The position numbers and the translations under genes are program-made. From an uncultured bacterium (GTDB taxonomy: Bacteria > Verrucomicrobiota > Verrucomicrobiia > Limisphaerales > UBA8199), in NCBI GenBank assembly GCA_963749495.1, contig CAVVMW010000007.1, positions 160,001 to 224,000 of the forward strand: 64,000 nt of DNA, read 5' to 3'. Shown one piece after another: positions 42,600-52,834 of the stretch. Positions within the stretch are counted from its first letter, which is position 1. The number at the start of each line of letters is the position of its first letter. Under the pieces are notes generated by a model. That model made no database searches, was not told the origin of the DNA, and worked only from the letters and a program-made list of their open reading frames with translations.

Positions 42600-44420
42600 A
42601 TGAGACCCTCGATAATTTGGCTCTACACTCTTGTCCTGCTGGCCGGCAGATTCGGGCTGATGGCGCAGGAGGCGACGCTGCGGGGGACCATCAGGGACGA
42701 ATCGACGGGCGCGCCGGCTGCCTGCACCGTCACCATTTCCGACGCCAACGGGCGGGTCCTGGTCGAGAATGATTCCTTCAAGGCCGGGTTTCGCTGTCCC
42801 GGCCAATTCGTCAAGCGCCTGCCGCCCGGGCGGACGCGGATTCGCGTGACCCGCGGGTTCGAGACCCAGGCACTGAACCGGGACCTGGACCTCGAGGCCG
42901 GGCAGGAGACCAACGTGGTGTTTGTCCTCCGGCGCTCGGTCAACCTGCGCCAACGCGGGTGGTACTCCGGCGACAGCCACGCGCACATGCTGCACGGCGA
43001 GAAGACCGTGCCGGTGGACTTCGATTTCATCGCCCTGACCGCCCGGGCCAAGGACCTGCAGTATCTCTCGGTGGCCCAGGCCTGGGCGCTCCAGTCCCCC
43101 ACGCCGGAGGCGCTGGAGGCGCAACTGCGGCCGCGCTCGACGCCGGATTGCCTGCTGACGTGGAACCTCGAGGCGCCCAAGAACTATTACAAGGGCGACG
43201 CGGGCCGGTGCCTGGGGCACTGCTGGAACATGGGGATGCGCGGGCGGACCGCCCAGGGCCTGGACGTTGTCTCGATGTTGCTCGAGGCCAGCGCCTGGGA
43301 CTACGAGTCGAGCAAGCCAACCTTCGCCAACTTCGAATCCCACAGCCTGATCCATGCCCAGGGCGGCGCGGTCTTCTATTCCCACCCGGCGCGGTGGTGG
43401 ACGGGCTCCTGGGGCGGCCAGGGAGGCTACCCCAAGCTCGAGCGGATGCGCATCTCGAACATGGCGGTCGAACTGCCTTTGGACACGCTCATCGGGCCGA
43501 CTTACGACGGCCTGGACGTGATCACGACTTCCGGGGAATACGCCGCCAATGCAAAGGCCTTTGAGTTGTGGGCGCTGCTCCTCAATCATGGGTATCGGCT
43601 GGCCGCCACGGCTTCATCGGATGCCTGCTTCGACCGGCCCGGGGGCGGCGTGCCCGGCGTCCCCCGCACTTACACTTTCATGCCTGACGGCTTTTCTCTG
43701 GCCAAGGCCACGCAGGCCACGGCGGCGGGCAAGACCTTCGCCACAACCGGCCCATTATTGATAGCAACCCTGGACGGCGCGCCGCCCGGTTGCGCATTGG
43801 CGGCCAACAATGCAAAGCGCCTGCTGGCGGTCGAGGCCTGGGCCTCCGGCAGCGCCTCGGGCGGCATCTCGAGGGTCGAACTGCTGCGCAACGGCCAACC
43901 GTTCAGGAAGATGACCTTCGAGGGCCAACCCGGCACGGTCCGGGCCGATTTTGAAGTGCAAGAAAGCGAGCGCGCCTGGTACTGCGTGCGCGTTCTGGGA
44001 ACGGATACCCAAAGGCAAGTTGCCCTGAGCGGCGCCTTTTATCTGGACGACAAGCCCTATGAGCCGCCGCCGCCGGTCCGAGCCCAGGTCCATGCGCAGA
44101 TCCTGGATGCCCAATCCGGCCAAAGGCTCCCCGGCGCCCTGACCGAGGTCACCTTCGATGGCCCTTGCGGCCGCGAGGGCGCGCGCCATTTGCTGACAAG
44201 CGGCGAGGGGCGAATCTCCGTGCCGGGCACCGTTCGGCTGCGGGCCGAGGCCAAAGGCTACGCACCTCTCACGCTCAGCCCGTTCCTGGACTGTCCGCAG
44301 CTCGTCCAGACCGTCACCGGCATGAACGACACCGAGCTGTTGGATTGGGCGAGCTTCGAGCGCCTTCAAAGGCAGCTTGGCGACGTGGAGCTGAAGTTTC
44401 GCCTGACCAAGGCACAGTGA
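42600..44420 (+). CDS. secreted CehA/McbA-like (PHP-related) metallohydrolase
   Basis: Signal peptide, RGFE, GWYSGDSHAHM, YSHP, WALLLNHGYRL.ATASSDA, GKTFATTGPLL, VELLRNG. Confidence 0.75.
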   Translation: MRPSIIWLYTLVLLAGRFGLMAQEATLRGTIRDESTGAPAACTVTISDANGRVLVENDSFKAGFRCPGQFVKRLPPGRTRIRVTRGFETQALNRDLDLEAGQETNVVFVLRRSVNLRQRGWYSGDSHAHMLHGEKTVPVDFDFIALTARAKDLQYLSVAQAWALQSPTPEALEAQLRPRSTPDCLLTWNLEAPKNYYKGDAGRCLGHCWNMGMRGRTAQGLDVVSMLLEASAWDYESSKPTFANFESHSLIHAQGGAVFYSHPARWWTGSWGGQGGYPKLERMRISNMAVELPLDTLIGPTYDGLDVITTSGEYAANAKAFELWALLLNHGYRLAATASSDACFDRPGGGVPGVPRTYTFMPDGFSLAKATQATAAGKTFATTGPLLIATLDGAPPGCALAANNAKRLLAVEAWASGSASGGISRVELLRNGQPFRKMTFEGQPGTVRADFEVQESERAWYCVRVLGTDTQRQVALSGAFYLDDKPYEPPPPVRAQVHAQILDAQSGQRLPGALTEVTFDGPCGREGARHLLTSGEGRISVPGTVRLRAEAKGYAPLTLSPFLDCPQLVQTVTGMNDTELLDWASFERLQRQLGDVELKFRLTKAQ

Positions 44421-44475
44421 AGGCAGGGGCTCGAGTAACCCATCAGGGAAGGCGGTGACGGCGTGCCCGGCGGAC

Positions 44476-44620
44476 CCCTCACCCCGGCCCTCTCCCCTTC
44501 CGAAGGGGAGAGGGGGAATTCTTGGCAGCGGTTTGATGAAGTGGAGGCGCCTCGAAGGGTCAGAGACTGCCGACGCTTCTCCCTCTCCCCTTCGGAAGGG
44601 GAGAGGGCCGGGGTGAGGGG
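44476..44620. repeat. REP doublet CCCTCACCCCGGCCCTCTCCCC..GGGGAGAGGG
   Basis: Two inverted copies between convergent genes; a single copy at 48517-48557 lies inside the recD2 5' end. Confidence 0.85.
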
Positions 44621-44633
44621 TCGCCCTGCGGGC

Positions 44634-45734
44634 TCATCGCTGCACGCGGGCGCCGGCGCCTTGGATGAGCGCCTCAACTTCCTTGAGTGAGGCCATCGAG
44701 GTGTCTCCGGGCGTGGTCATGGCCAGGGCGCCGTGGGCGGCGCCATACAGGACCGCCTTGCGGGGGTCGTTGAATTTGAGAAGACCGTAAATCAAGCCGC
44801 TGGCGAAGCTGTCGCCGCCGCCGACGCGATCGAGGATTTCCAGGTCCAGGCGGTTGGGGGCCTCGTAGAACTGGCCGCCGGCCCAGCAGACGGCGCCCCA
44901 GTCATTGCGCGTGGCAGACTTGACCACGCGCAGCGTCGTGGCGACAACCTTGAGATTCGGGTAGGCGGCCAGCGCCTTGCCGATCATCTTCTTGAAGGCG
45001 CTGACATCGATGGCCGAGATGCGCTCGTCAACTCCCTCGACCTCCAGACCGAGGCAGGCGGTGAAATCCTCTTCGTTGCCGAGCAGGACATCGACGTGGC
45101 TGGCTATCTGGCGGTTGACCTCCTGGGCGCGCCGCGGGCCGCCGATGCTCTTCCACAACGAGGGGCGGTAGTTCAGGTCGTAGGAGACGATGGCCCCGTG
45201 CCTGCGGGCGGCCTCGATGGCCTCCAGGACCAGCCCGGGAGTCGTCTCGCTCAGGGCGGCGAAGATGCCGCCCGTGTGCAACCAGCGCGCGCCCTGGCGG
45301 CCGAAGATGCTCTCCCAGTCGAAATCGCCCGCCTTGAGCTGGCTGGCCGCGCTGTGGCCGCGGTCGGCAATCCCCACCGCCCCGCGGATGCCGAAACCCC
45401 GTTCGGTGAAATTGAGCCCGTTGCGCGCCGTCCGGCCGACGCCATCGTAGGGGACCCACTTCACAAATTGGGTCTCCACGCCCCCTTGCAGGATGCAGTC
45501 CTCGAGCAACCGTCCAATGTCGTTGTCCGCGAAGGCCGTGCAGACCGCCGTCCTCAGGCCGAAACAGCGGCGCAGCCCGCGCGCCACGTTGTACTCGCCT
45601 CCGCCTTCCCAGACGTTGAAATGGCGCGCGGTGCGCACGCGCCCTTCGCCCGGGTCCAGCCGCAGCATGATCTCGCCCAGCGCCACCAGGTCATAGCGGC
45701 ACGCCCCGGCGGCTTTGATGTCGAGGATGCTCAT
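44634..45734 (-). CDS. kdgK: PfkB sugar kinase, 2-keto-3-deoxygluconate kinase-like
   Basis: LGEIMLRLDP, GGGEYNVA, SYDLNYRPSLW, GNEEDF, DRVGGGDSFASG. Confidence 0.8.
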   Translation of the reverse strand: MSILDIKAAGACRYDLVALGEIMLRLDPGEGRVRTARHFNVWEGGGEYNVARGLRRCFGLRTAVCTAFADNDIGRLLEDCILQGGVETQFVKWVPYDGVGRTARNGLNFTERGFGIRGAVGIADRGHSAASQLKAGDFDWESIFGRQGARWLHTGGIFAALSETTPGLVLEAIEAARRHGAIVSYDLNYRPSLWKSIGGPRRAQEVNRQIASHVDVLLGNEEDFTACLGLEVEGVDERISAIDVSAFKKMIGKALAAYPNLKVVATTLRVVKSATRNDWGAVCWAGGQFYEAPNRLDLEILDRVGGGDSFASGLIYGLLKFNDPRKAVLYGAAHGALAMTTPGDTSMASLKEVEALIQGAGARVQR

Positions 45735-45758
45735 AAATGGTCTGGCCAATTCAACTAA

Positions 45759-46013
45759 TCCCGAAGGGATACAATCACTCAGCCCAGGGTTGCGCGGCAC
45801 GCGCTACCCTGGGACCCAGTCCACCAAACGTTGAAACCCTGAAAGGGTTTCATCCACAGCGCGCAACCGGTCTGGATCCCGCATGTATCGCTCGTCGGAG
45901 GCGGCACACCCGAGCGCGATATAACCCTTTCAGGGTAATCGGTCACGGGCGGCGTAACCCAGGGTAGCGCGTGCCGCGCAACCCTGGGCTGAATGAATAC
46001 CATCCCTTCGGGA
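45759..46013. repeat. REPIN-like nested palindromic element
   Basis: tcccgaagggat..cagcccagggttgcgcggcacgcgctaccctggg ... cccagggtagcgcgtgccgcgcaaccctgggctg..atcccttcggga. Confidence 0.85.
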
Positions 46014-46508
46014 TGGAGGTCACGGACTATTCTGACCTCTTCTCCAGGCTTGGCAGGAGAGCGGTTCTGGTTAGAATCCCCGGATATGAAAAGATCTCTG
46101 GGTGCGAAGACCCTCGTGTATCCGGCGCCGGTGCTGGTGGTGGGCAGTTATGACAAGGCGGGCAAGGCGAACATGACGACGGTCTCGTGGGGAGGCATCT
46201 GCTGTTCGCAGCCGCCCTGCGTTGCCGTGTCGCTGCGGCAGGCCACCTACTCGTATAGGAACCTGCTCGAGCGGAAGGCCTTCACCCTCAGCATCCCCTC
46301 GGAGGATTACGTCTCGCAGACCGATTACTTCGGACTGGTCTCGGGGCGGACGACGGACAAGCTGGCGGCGACCAAGTTGACTGCCGTGCGCAGCAAGCTG
46401 GTGGATGCGCCCTGGGTGCGCGACAAAAAAGTAACCAAAATTTGAGCAGGCCCGCCTGCTGATTGATTTTTGTTGCTATATTGTATCTAGTTAGATACAA
46501 TACGCACC

Positions 46509-46895
46509 ATGACCGCTTCGCTTTCTCAGCTCGAAGACCGGCGCGAGCAGATCCTTGAACAGATCAAGGCTATCAACCGGTTGCGCCGCGGCTCCTTAAG
46601 CCGCCAATTCTTCAAGAAACCCCGCGCTGGCTCCAAAGCCCCCCAGGGCCCTTACTACGTGCTCCAAGCCTACTTCCATGGGCAGAAGTTCGCCGAGCGC
46701 ATCCCGGCCGATCAGGCCCCCCAAATCGAACCCCTCGTCGCCAATTACAGACGCTTTAGCGAACTGGCCGAGGAGTTTGTCACCGTCACCGACCAAATCA
46801 CCCGCCTGAGTCAAGCCGCCCCCGACGCAAAAAAAAACTCCAGACCGAAGTCGGGCAGGAGCGATTCCGGGAAGCCAACGCCTTCATCCGGTTAG
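46509..46895 (+). CDS. IS accessory ORF (DUF6788-like)
   Basis: LRRGSL...GPYYVLQ...NYRRF..L.EE; ends after the A9 tract. Confidence 0.7.
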   Translation: MTASLSQLEDRREQILEQIKAINRLRRGSLSRQFFKKPRAGSKAPQGPYYVLQAYFHGQKFAERIPADQAPQIEPLVANYRRFSELAEEFVTVTDQITRLSQAAPDAKKNSRPKSGRSDSGKPTPSSG

Positions 46896-46921
46896 TCCAA
46901 GGGCAGTGGCAACAGCAGGGA

Positions 46922-48211
46922 GTGCGCAATCTCGAGGCGGTGGAAATTGGCCTGCGCGAGGCGCTCTTCCGCGATGCCTGTGGGATTCTGGGGGATTTGC
47001 TCAACGACCCGGCGCTGCCGGTGCCCGAGGATCAGGGCCGCCCAGGCGAAAGGTGCCACGCCGGCCGGCCCAAGGAGCCGCTGACCCTCTTCGGGCTAGT
47101 GGCCCTACGGCGCAACTATTACTATTGGGCGAGCCGGGAGCAAGGCCGTGCCCCGCTGGACCAGGCGCTGGGTCTGTGGGCAGGCTATTCGCCCGGGGTG
47201 CTGCGGATCATTTGCCGCGCGGCCGCGCGCCATCCCTTCGACGTGGCGGCGGCCGAGCTCAAAGCCTATTGCGGGCTGCAGGTCGAAGGCCGCCAGATTC
47301 AGCGCATCGCTCAGGAAATGGGACCGCGGGTGCGGGCGGTCCAAGAACAATTGCCTCCCTTCAAGCATGACTCGGGCCTGATTCCCGTCATGTATATCGC
47401 CGTCGATGGCACCGGGGTTCCCATGCGGCCCGAGGAATTGGAAGGCCGTGCCGGCAAGCAACCCGATGGCTCAGCCAAGACCCGAGAGGTCAAGTTGGCT
47501 TGTGTGTTTACCCAAACCACCCTTGATGAGGAGGGATTGCCGTTGCGGGACTTTGAGTCCTCCAGCTACGTGGCAGGCTTTGAAGAGGCACCCGATTTCA
47601 TGGTGCGGGCACGCCAGGAGGCCCTCCGCCGCCGTCTGCCGGCAGCGCAGGTGTCGGTGCTGCTGGGCGACGGGGCTGCCTGGATTTGGGACCACGGGGC
47701 GAAGTGCTTCCCGATGGCCTTCCAAATTCTGGACTTGTATCACGCCCTGGAACATCTCTCCGACCTGACGAAATTGCTCGAACCGGACCCTGCCGCCGCC
47801 CAGGCCCTGTGGCGAACTTGGCGCGAGCAGTTCTTGGCCGACGACGTGGAGGAAGTCCTGCGTCAAGCCCGGGAAAGGACGGGCAAACTGGCCGCTCAGA
47901 CTGCTGAATCAGCAGGCAAGCAGATCGCATACTTCGAGCACAACCAGAGCCGTATGCTCTACGCCACCTACCGCGCTTTGGGATTTTTCTACGGCTCGGG
48001 GGTGGTCGAAGCCGGCTGCAAAACGGTTATCGGCGGACGCTGCAAGTGCTCCGGCATGCTTTGGTCAGAAGAGGGAGCTACCCACGTCCTGGATTTGCGC
48101 TGCGCTCTGTATGGCAACCAATTCGACCAAGTCTGGGATCGCTTAAACCAAAGCGATTACCTGCGAATTCGCGTCGCCAACCCCCCGGCTCAAGCCGAGG
48201 AAGCTGCGTAA
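46922..48211 (+). CDS. ISKra4-family transposase
   Basis: YIAVDGTGVPM, TREVKL, LGDGAAWIW, ILDLYHALEHL, GSGVVEAGCK, GMLWS. Confidence 0.9.
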   Translation: MRNLEAVEIGLREALFRDACGILGDLLNDPALPVPEDQGRPGERCHAGRPKEPLTLFGLVALRRNYYYWASREQGRAPLDQALGLWAGYSPGVLRIICRAAARHPFDVAAAELKAYCGLQVEGRQIQRIAQEMGPRVRAVQEQLPPFKHDSGLIPVMYIAVDGTGVPMRPEELEGRAGKQPDGSAKTREVKLACVFTQTTLDEEGLPLRDFESSSYVAGFEEAPDFMVRARQEALRRRLPAAQVSVLLGDGAAWIWDHGAKCFPMAFQILDLYHALEHLSDLTKLLEPDPAAAQALWRTWREQFLADDVEEVLRQARERTGKLAAQTAESAGKQIAYFEHNQSRMLYATYRALGFFYGSGVVEAGCKTVIGGRCKCSGMLWSEEGATHVLDLRCALYGNQFDQVWDRLNQSDYLRIRVANPPAQAEEAA

Positions 48212-48489
48212 TGGCACCTAATTGTTACTATTTTGTCCGGCTCCCATGCGCCCTACATTAAGGAGTTCCCGCTGGTGCTGGAGTGCAAGGTGGTGGATAT
48301 TGCCGAGATCGGGCTTCACACACAGTTCGTGGGCGAGGTGATGGATGTCAAGGCCGAGGACAGCGTGCTGGGCGCTGACGGGGCCATCGATATCAAGAAG
48401 CTCAGGCCGTTGGTGTTCACGCCGGACACGCAGGAGTACTTCGGCATCGGGAGTTTCGTTGCCAAGGTCTTCTCGGCCGGCAAGCGCAT

Positions 48490-50754
48490 TTGAGAGATTG
48501 CAGACCAGTGCACAGACCCCTCACCCCGACCCTCTCCCCTTCCAAAGGGGAGAGGGAGCCGCCGGAGAGCCTGGCCGGGCTCATCGAGCGAGTCACATTC
48601 TACAACCCGGAGAACGGTTTCGCCGTTCTCAAGGTCAAGGCCAAGGGGCACCGCGACGAGGTGACCGTCGTGGGGTCGCTCCCGTCGGTCAACGCGGGTG
48701 AATGGCTCACGGCACAGGGCCGCTGGGTACAGGACCGGGAGTTCGGCCTGCAGTTCCGCGCCGAACTGCTCACCAGCACTGCGCCCACCACCCGCGAGGG
48801 GATCGAGAAATACCTGGGCAGCGGCCTGGTCAAAGGCATCGGGCCGGTCTGCGCTCAGAAACTGGTCGGGAAATTCGGCGAGAACATCTTTGACATCATC
48901 GAGAATCACTCGGTGCGGTTGGAGGAGGTCGAGGGGATAGGCCCCAAGCGCCGGCAGCAGATCAAGGCCGCCTGGGCGGAGCAGAAGATCATTCGCGACA
49001 TCATGGTCTTCCTTCATTCTCATGGGGTGAGCACCAGCCGGGCCGTCCGCATTTACAAGACCTACGGCCAGAACGCCATCCAGGAGGTCCGGGCCAATCC
49101 CTACACCCTGGCCCGGGACATCCCCGGCATCGGCTTCAAGACCGCCGATCAGATTGCTCAAAAGCTTGGCATCCCGCACGACTCCATCTTGCGGGCTTGC
49201 GCCGGCCTGGAGCAGGTGCTCCTGGAGGCCTCCAGCCAGGGGCACTGCGCCCTGCCGTTGGATACGCTCAAAGACCAGGCCGGCAAGCTCCTCCAGGTGA
49301 GTCCGCCGGTCATCGAGGCGGCCTTGAATCGCGCCCAGGCCGACCGGTTGCTGGAACGGGAGGCCATTGGGGGCCAGGAATTGGCATTTCTGCCCGCGCT
49401 CAAGCGGGCGGAGGAGAAGATAGCCGAGCGGATAGCCAAGCTCTGCTCCGGCCCGGCGGGCCTCCCCCCGGTGGATTTTGAGAAGGCCCTCGAGTGGTGC
49501 CAGCGCAAGACCGGCAAGGAATTGGCCCCCAGCCAGCGCCAGGCCCTGCGCCAGGCCCTGTCCACCCGGCTGCTCATCCTGACCGGCGGCCCCGGCGTGG
49601 GCAAGACGACGCTGGTCAACGCCATCCTGCTCATCCTGCGCGCCAAGAAGGTGCGCTGCCTCCTGTGCGCCCCAACCGGCCGCGCCGCCAAGCGGCTCTC
49701 CCAGACCACCGGCCTGGCGGCCAAGACCATCCATCGCCTCCTGGAAGTCCAGCCCGGCCAGGGCGGTTTCCTCCACAACGAGACCCATCCCTTGCTCTGC
49801 GACCTGCTGGTCGTCGATGAGACCTCGATGGTGGACGTTCCCCTCATGAGCGCCTTGCTGCGCGCACTGCCACCCAACGCCAGCCTCCTGCTCGTGGGCA
49901 ACGTCAACCAGTTGCCCTCCGTGGGCCCGGGCATGGTCCTGCGCCAGCTCATCGACAGCGCCGTGGCGCCCGTCGTGCGGCTCACCGAGATCTTCCGCCA
50001 AGCCGCCAACAGCCGCATCATCACCAATGCCCACCGCATCAACCGGGGCCTCATGCCCGAACTGCCCGGCGCGCAGGGCGACTCCGACTTTTTCTTCATT
50101 GAGCGCGAGCAGCCCGAGCGCATTGCCCAAACGGTGATCAACCTGGCCAAGCGCCGCATCCCCGCCAAATTCAACCTCGACCCCATCCGCGACATCCAGG
50201 TCCTCTCCCCCATGAACCGCGGTTCCCTGGGCACCCGCGAACTCAACGCCCGCCTCCAGGCCGAACTGAACCCGCCCCGGCCCGACGAACCGTTCATCGA
50301 GAGATTCGGCTCCAAGTTCCATCCCCGCGACAAGGTCATCCAGACCCAAAATGATTATGCCAAGGAGGTGTTCAACGGCGACATCGGCCAGATCGTCCGC
50401 ATCGATCCCCTGGAACGCGCGGTCATCGTCCGGTTCGACCAGCGCGAGGTCGCCTACGACTTCGGGGAACTGGACGAGGTCTCGCTGGCCTATGCCATCA
50501 CCATCCACAAGGCGCAGGGCTCGGAATTCCCGGCGGTGGTGATCCCGCTGGCCACGCAGCACTTCCTGCTCCTGCAACGCAACCTGGTCTATACCGCCGT
50601 CACCCGCGGCAAGCGCCTGGTCGTCCTGGTCGGCCAGCCAAAGGCCCTGGCCATGGCCATCCGCAACCACCGCACCGAATACCGCTGGTCCGGACTGGCA
50701 GCCAGGCTGGCCCCCCGCCAAGGGTGGAATCCGGGGATTGAGGCAGAAAAATAG
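48490..50754 (+). CDS. recD2: ATP-dependent RecD-like DNA helicase
   Basis: ERVTFYNPENGF, GIGFKTAD, TGGPGVGKTT, APTGRAAKRL, VVDETSM, LTEIFRQA, AYAITIHKAQGSEF, YTAVTRGK; motif III reads VGNVNQL; start uncertain. Confidence 0.93.
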   Translation: MRDCRPVHRPLTPTLSPSKGEREPPESLAGLIERVTFYNPENGFAVLKVKAKGHRDEVTVVGSLPSVNAGEWLTAQGRWVQDREFGLQFRAELLTSTAPTTREGIEKYLGSGLVKGIGPVCAQKLVGKFGENIFDIIENHSVRLEEVEGIGPKRRQQIKAAWAEQKIIRDIMVFLHSHGVSTSRAVRIYKTYGQNAIQEVRANPYTLARDIPGIGFKTADQIAQKLGIPHDSILRACAGLEQVLLEASSQGHCALPLDTLKDQAGKLLQVSPPVIEAALNRAQADRLLEREAIGGQELAFLPALKRAEEKIAERIAKLCSGPAGLPPVDFEKALEWCQRKTGKELAPSQRQALRQALSTRLLILTGGPGVGKTTLVNAILLILRAKKVRCLLCAPTGRAAKRLSQTTGLAAKTIHRLLEVQPGQGGFLHNETHPLLCDLLVVDETSMVDVPLMSALLRALPPNASLLLVGNVNQLPSVGPGMVLRQLIDSAVAPVVRLTEIFRQAANSRIITNAHRINRGLMPELPGAQGDSDFFFIEREQPERIAQTVINLAKRRIPAKFNLDPIRDIQVLSPMNRGSLGTRELNARLQAELNPPRPDEPFIERFGSKFHPRDKVIQTQNDYAKEVFNGDIGQIVRIDPLERAVIVRFDQREVAYDFGELDEVSLAYAITIHKAQGSEFPAVVIPLATQHFLLLQRNLVYTAVTRGKRLVVLVGQPKALAMAIRNHRTEYRWSGLAARLAPRQGWNPGIEAEK

Positions 50755-50816
50755 GGGCAGAAAAATGAAGGCAAGAACAGATGCCTCTTCATCTTTCTGC
50801 CCCCATTTTTCTGCCA
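50742..50816. repeat. inverted 14-mer arrays (GGCAGAAAAAT..)2 ... (TTTCTGCC)2
   Basis: ggcagaaaaataggggcagaaaaatgaag ... cttcatctttctgcccccatttttctgcc. Confidence 0.75.
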
Positions 50817-50848
50817 ACTCACTTTTCTGCCATCTCCGGATTTCGGCA

Positions 50849-51169
50849 CTACTGCTGCTCGGGCGGGGTCTTGGCCAGCGCGGCCTGGACCTCTTCGATC
50901 AGTTCCTTGATGCGCACGGCGTCGGACTTTCGGTGGCCGTGGCTGGTCATCGGGTCGGTTCCGCCCGAAGACTCGATGAGGATCTCAGACCAGATCAGGC
51001 CGGTCTTGATATGGACGGAGGCGACTTTGCTGATGCTGATGCTCATTTCATCCTGGCTGAACCAGGAGCGTTTACGCCGAGTGACCGACTTGTCGCTCAC
51101 TTCGATGCGGGTGGGGAAGAGGAAATTGCCTCGGGTCAAACGGCTGGCGCAAAAGACTTCGGTTGGCAT
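50849..51169 (-). CDS. small bacterial PH-domain-like protein
   Basis: ASRLTRGNFLFPTRI...SISKVASVHIKTGLIWSEILIESSGG. Confidence 0.65.
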   Translation of the reverse strand: MPTEVFCASRLTRGNFLFPTRIEVSDKSVTRRKRSWFSQDEMSISISKVASVHIKTGLIWSEILIESSGGTDPMTSHGHRKSDAVRIKELIEEVQAALAKTPPEQQ

Positions 51170-51326
51170 AACATTGAATTCCGGACCCAGGGAAGCGGCT
51201 GGCAGACAGCCTTGCCGGCTCCCCGCGCCCGTTTGCAGGTTGCCCTTGAATACCCCGCCGGGCAGCCCAGGTCAAGCCCAGGTTGACTCTGCCGGGACTT
51301 GCTCTCATCTTGTGGAAACGAATCCC

Positions 51327-51402
51327 ATGAAAATTGAATTCGATGCTCCACTGGTTCCCACCGGCCCCAAGGGGGCGTGGTGCCATCTGCATTTCCCGCT
51401 CG
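51327..51402 (+). pseudogene. DUF1905/YdeI-like N-terminal fragment cut off at a heptamer array
   Basis: MKIEFDAPLVPTGPKGAWCHLHFPLD immediately followed by (TCCGCAC/T)4 at 51405-51433. Confidence 0.5.
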
Positions 51403-51436
51403 ACTCCGCACTCCGCATTCCGCATTCCGCATTCAA

Positions 51437-52465
51437 ATGACCTCCCGCGAACGAGTGCTGGCCGCCCTGCGGCACGAGCAGCCCGATCGAACCCCGCGCG
51501 ATTTCTGGGCCGAACCGCCCGCGTTGCGCCGGCTGCTGGCCCACACCGGCGCTCCGGATGAGGAGCGCCTGCTCGACAGCCTGGACGTGGATGTGCGCCA
51601 CTTGGATGCCCCGGCCCCGCCCGAGCGCGGCCTGGGCAACGGCCTCTTCCAGAATATGTGGGGCGAGCGTTTCACCTTGGAGCCGACCCCGTGGGGACCG
51701 ATGCGCCAGGATGTCAAAGGCGCGCTGGCAGGCGCCCGAAGCCTGGCCGACCTCCGGGCCTTCCCGTGGCCGGCGCCCGATTGCCTGGATCGCTCCGGCC
51801 TGCCGGCCCAGTGCCGCCGCTACTCCCGCCACGCCCTGCTCTATGGCTTCGCCGATGTCTGGCAGCGCCCCGCCCTGGTCCGCGGCTGGGAGGAGTTCTT
51901 CCTGGACCTGACCCAACGGCCCAACTGGGCCCACTTCCTCTGCCGCAAGTTCACCGACTTCTACCTCGCAGACTACACCCGCGCCGCCCAACTGACCGGC
52001 CGCCGCATCAACCTCTACCTGCTCATCAGCGACCTGGCCGGCCAGCAGGGGCCGCTTATCTCGCTGCCGATGTTCCGCCAGTTCGTCGCCCCTTATCTCA
52101 AGGAGATGATCGACTGCATCCACGGTCTGGGTGGGCTGGCCCTCTACCACAGTTGCGGGGCCATCGGGCCGTTCATTCCCGAACTCATTGGGCTGGGTGT
52201 GGATGTCCTGGACCCGATCCAGCCTGCCGGGCCGGCGATGCAGCCGGAGTTCCTGAAGGCGCAGTATGGCCGCCGGCTTTGTTTCCACGGCGGCATCAAT
52301 ATGCAGAACCTGCTGCCCTGCGGAACCGCAGGCCAGGTCCGGGACGAGGTCCGCCGCTACTGCAGCGTCCTGGGCGCCGGCGGCGGCTATATCCTCGCCC
52401 CAGCCCACTTCTTCCAGCCCGACGTGCCGCCGGAGAACATCCTGGCCGTGTACCGGGCCGAGTAG
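51437..52465 (+). CDS. uroporphyrinogen decarboxylase family (MtaA/CmuA-like) protein
   Basis: MTSRERVLAALRHEQPDRTP, YHSCG, GVDVLDPIQP, GGGYILAPAH..QPDVPPENI. Confidence 0.85.
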   Translation: MTSRERVLAALRHEQPDRTPRDFWAEPPALRRLLAHTGAPDEERLLDSLDVDVRHLDAPAPPERGLGNGLFQNMWGERFTLEPTPWGPMRQDVKGALAGARSLADLRAFPWPAPDCLDRSGLPAQCRRYSRHALLYGFADVWQRPALVRGWEEFFLDLTQRPNWAHFLCRKFTDFYLADYTRAAQLTGRRINLYLLISDLAGQQGPLISLPMFRQFVAPYLKEMIDCIHGLGGLALYHSCGAIGPFIPELIGLGVDVLDPIQPAGPAMQPEFLKAQYGRRLCFHGGINMQNLLPCGTAGQVRDEVRRYCSVLGAGGGYILAPAHFFQPDVPPENILAVYRAE

Positions 52466-52484
52466 CAAGGGGCGAGGGACCCGA

Positions 52485-52588
52485 CCTTTGTCGCAACCTT
52501 TGTCAATATCTTTGTCGCAGCCTTTGTCGCAACCTTTGTCGGGTTGGGCATGCCTCGACAAAGGAGGCGACAAAGGTTGCGACAAAGG
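52485..52588. repeat. inverted 12-mer arrays (CCTTTGTCGCAA)5 ... (CGACAAAGG)3
   Basis: Same family as 15858-15938. Confidence 0.85.
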
Positions 52589-52667
52589 AGGGAATCGGGC
52601 GCATCTCGGCTTTGCCGGCTTTCCGCAAGCCGGGCGATCGGAGCGTGGCGTCGGGAACCCCGCAAGG

Positions 52668-52753
52668 TTTTGGACTGCGCCAGTCCTCTGGCGCTTTCGC
52701 GTCCCCAAGGTCCGAAAAGCGGCAGAGGACTGCCGCAGTCCAAAACGCTTCGC
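52668..52753. repeat. REP doublet TTTTGGACTGCG.CAGTCC
   Basis: ttttggactgcgccagtcctctggcgcttt ... aaagcggcagaggactgccgcagtccaaaa; collapsed copy near 5785-5810. Confidence 0.75.
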
Positions 52754-52834
52754 GACTTCGGACGCGCCCTCATGCCCCTCGACCCTCTCTGTGCAGACTT
52801 GACCCCGCCGCCCGAACCTGTCAACGATAGGTCC

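Larger units (their letters stand above)
46414..48245 (+). mobile_element. ISKra4-family insertion sequence (1832 bp)
   Basis: 9-bp TSD ATGCGCCCT (46405-46413, 48246-48254); imperfect IRs GGGTGCGCGACAAAAAAGTAAC / GGGAGCCGGACAAAATAGTAAC. Confidence 0.9.
46086..48493 (+). pseudogene. flavin reductase family protein interrupted by an IS
   Basis: [23 protein letters not shown]...KLVDAP | YIKEFPLVLECKV...HTQFVGEV; the halves rejoin in frame across the TSD. Confidence 0.92.

Noticed and set aside
48316..50817. Long antisense ORFs (also 782..2203, 2058..3536, 19583..21040, 52847..54187, 54727..56166, 58193..59599)
   Set aside because: They overlap well-supported genes on the opposite strand; expected in high-GC DNA with biased codon usage
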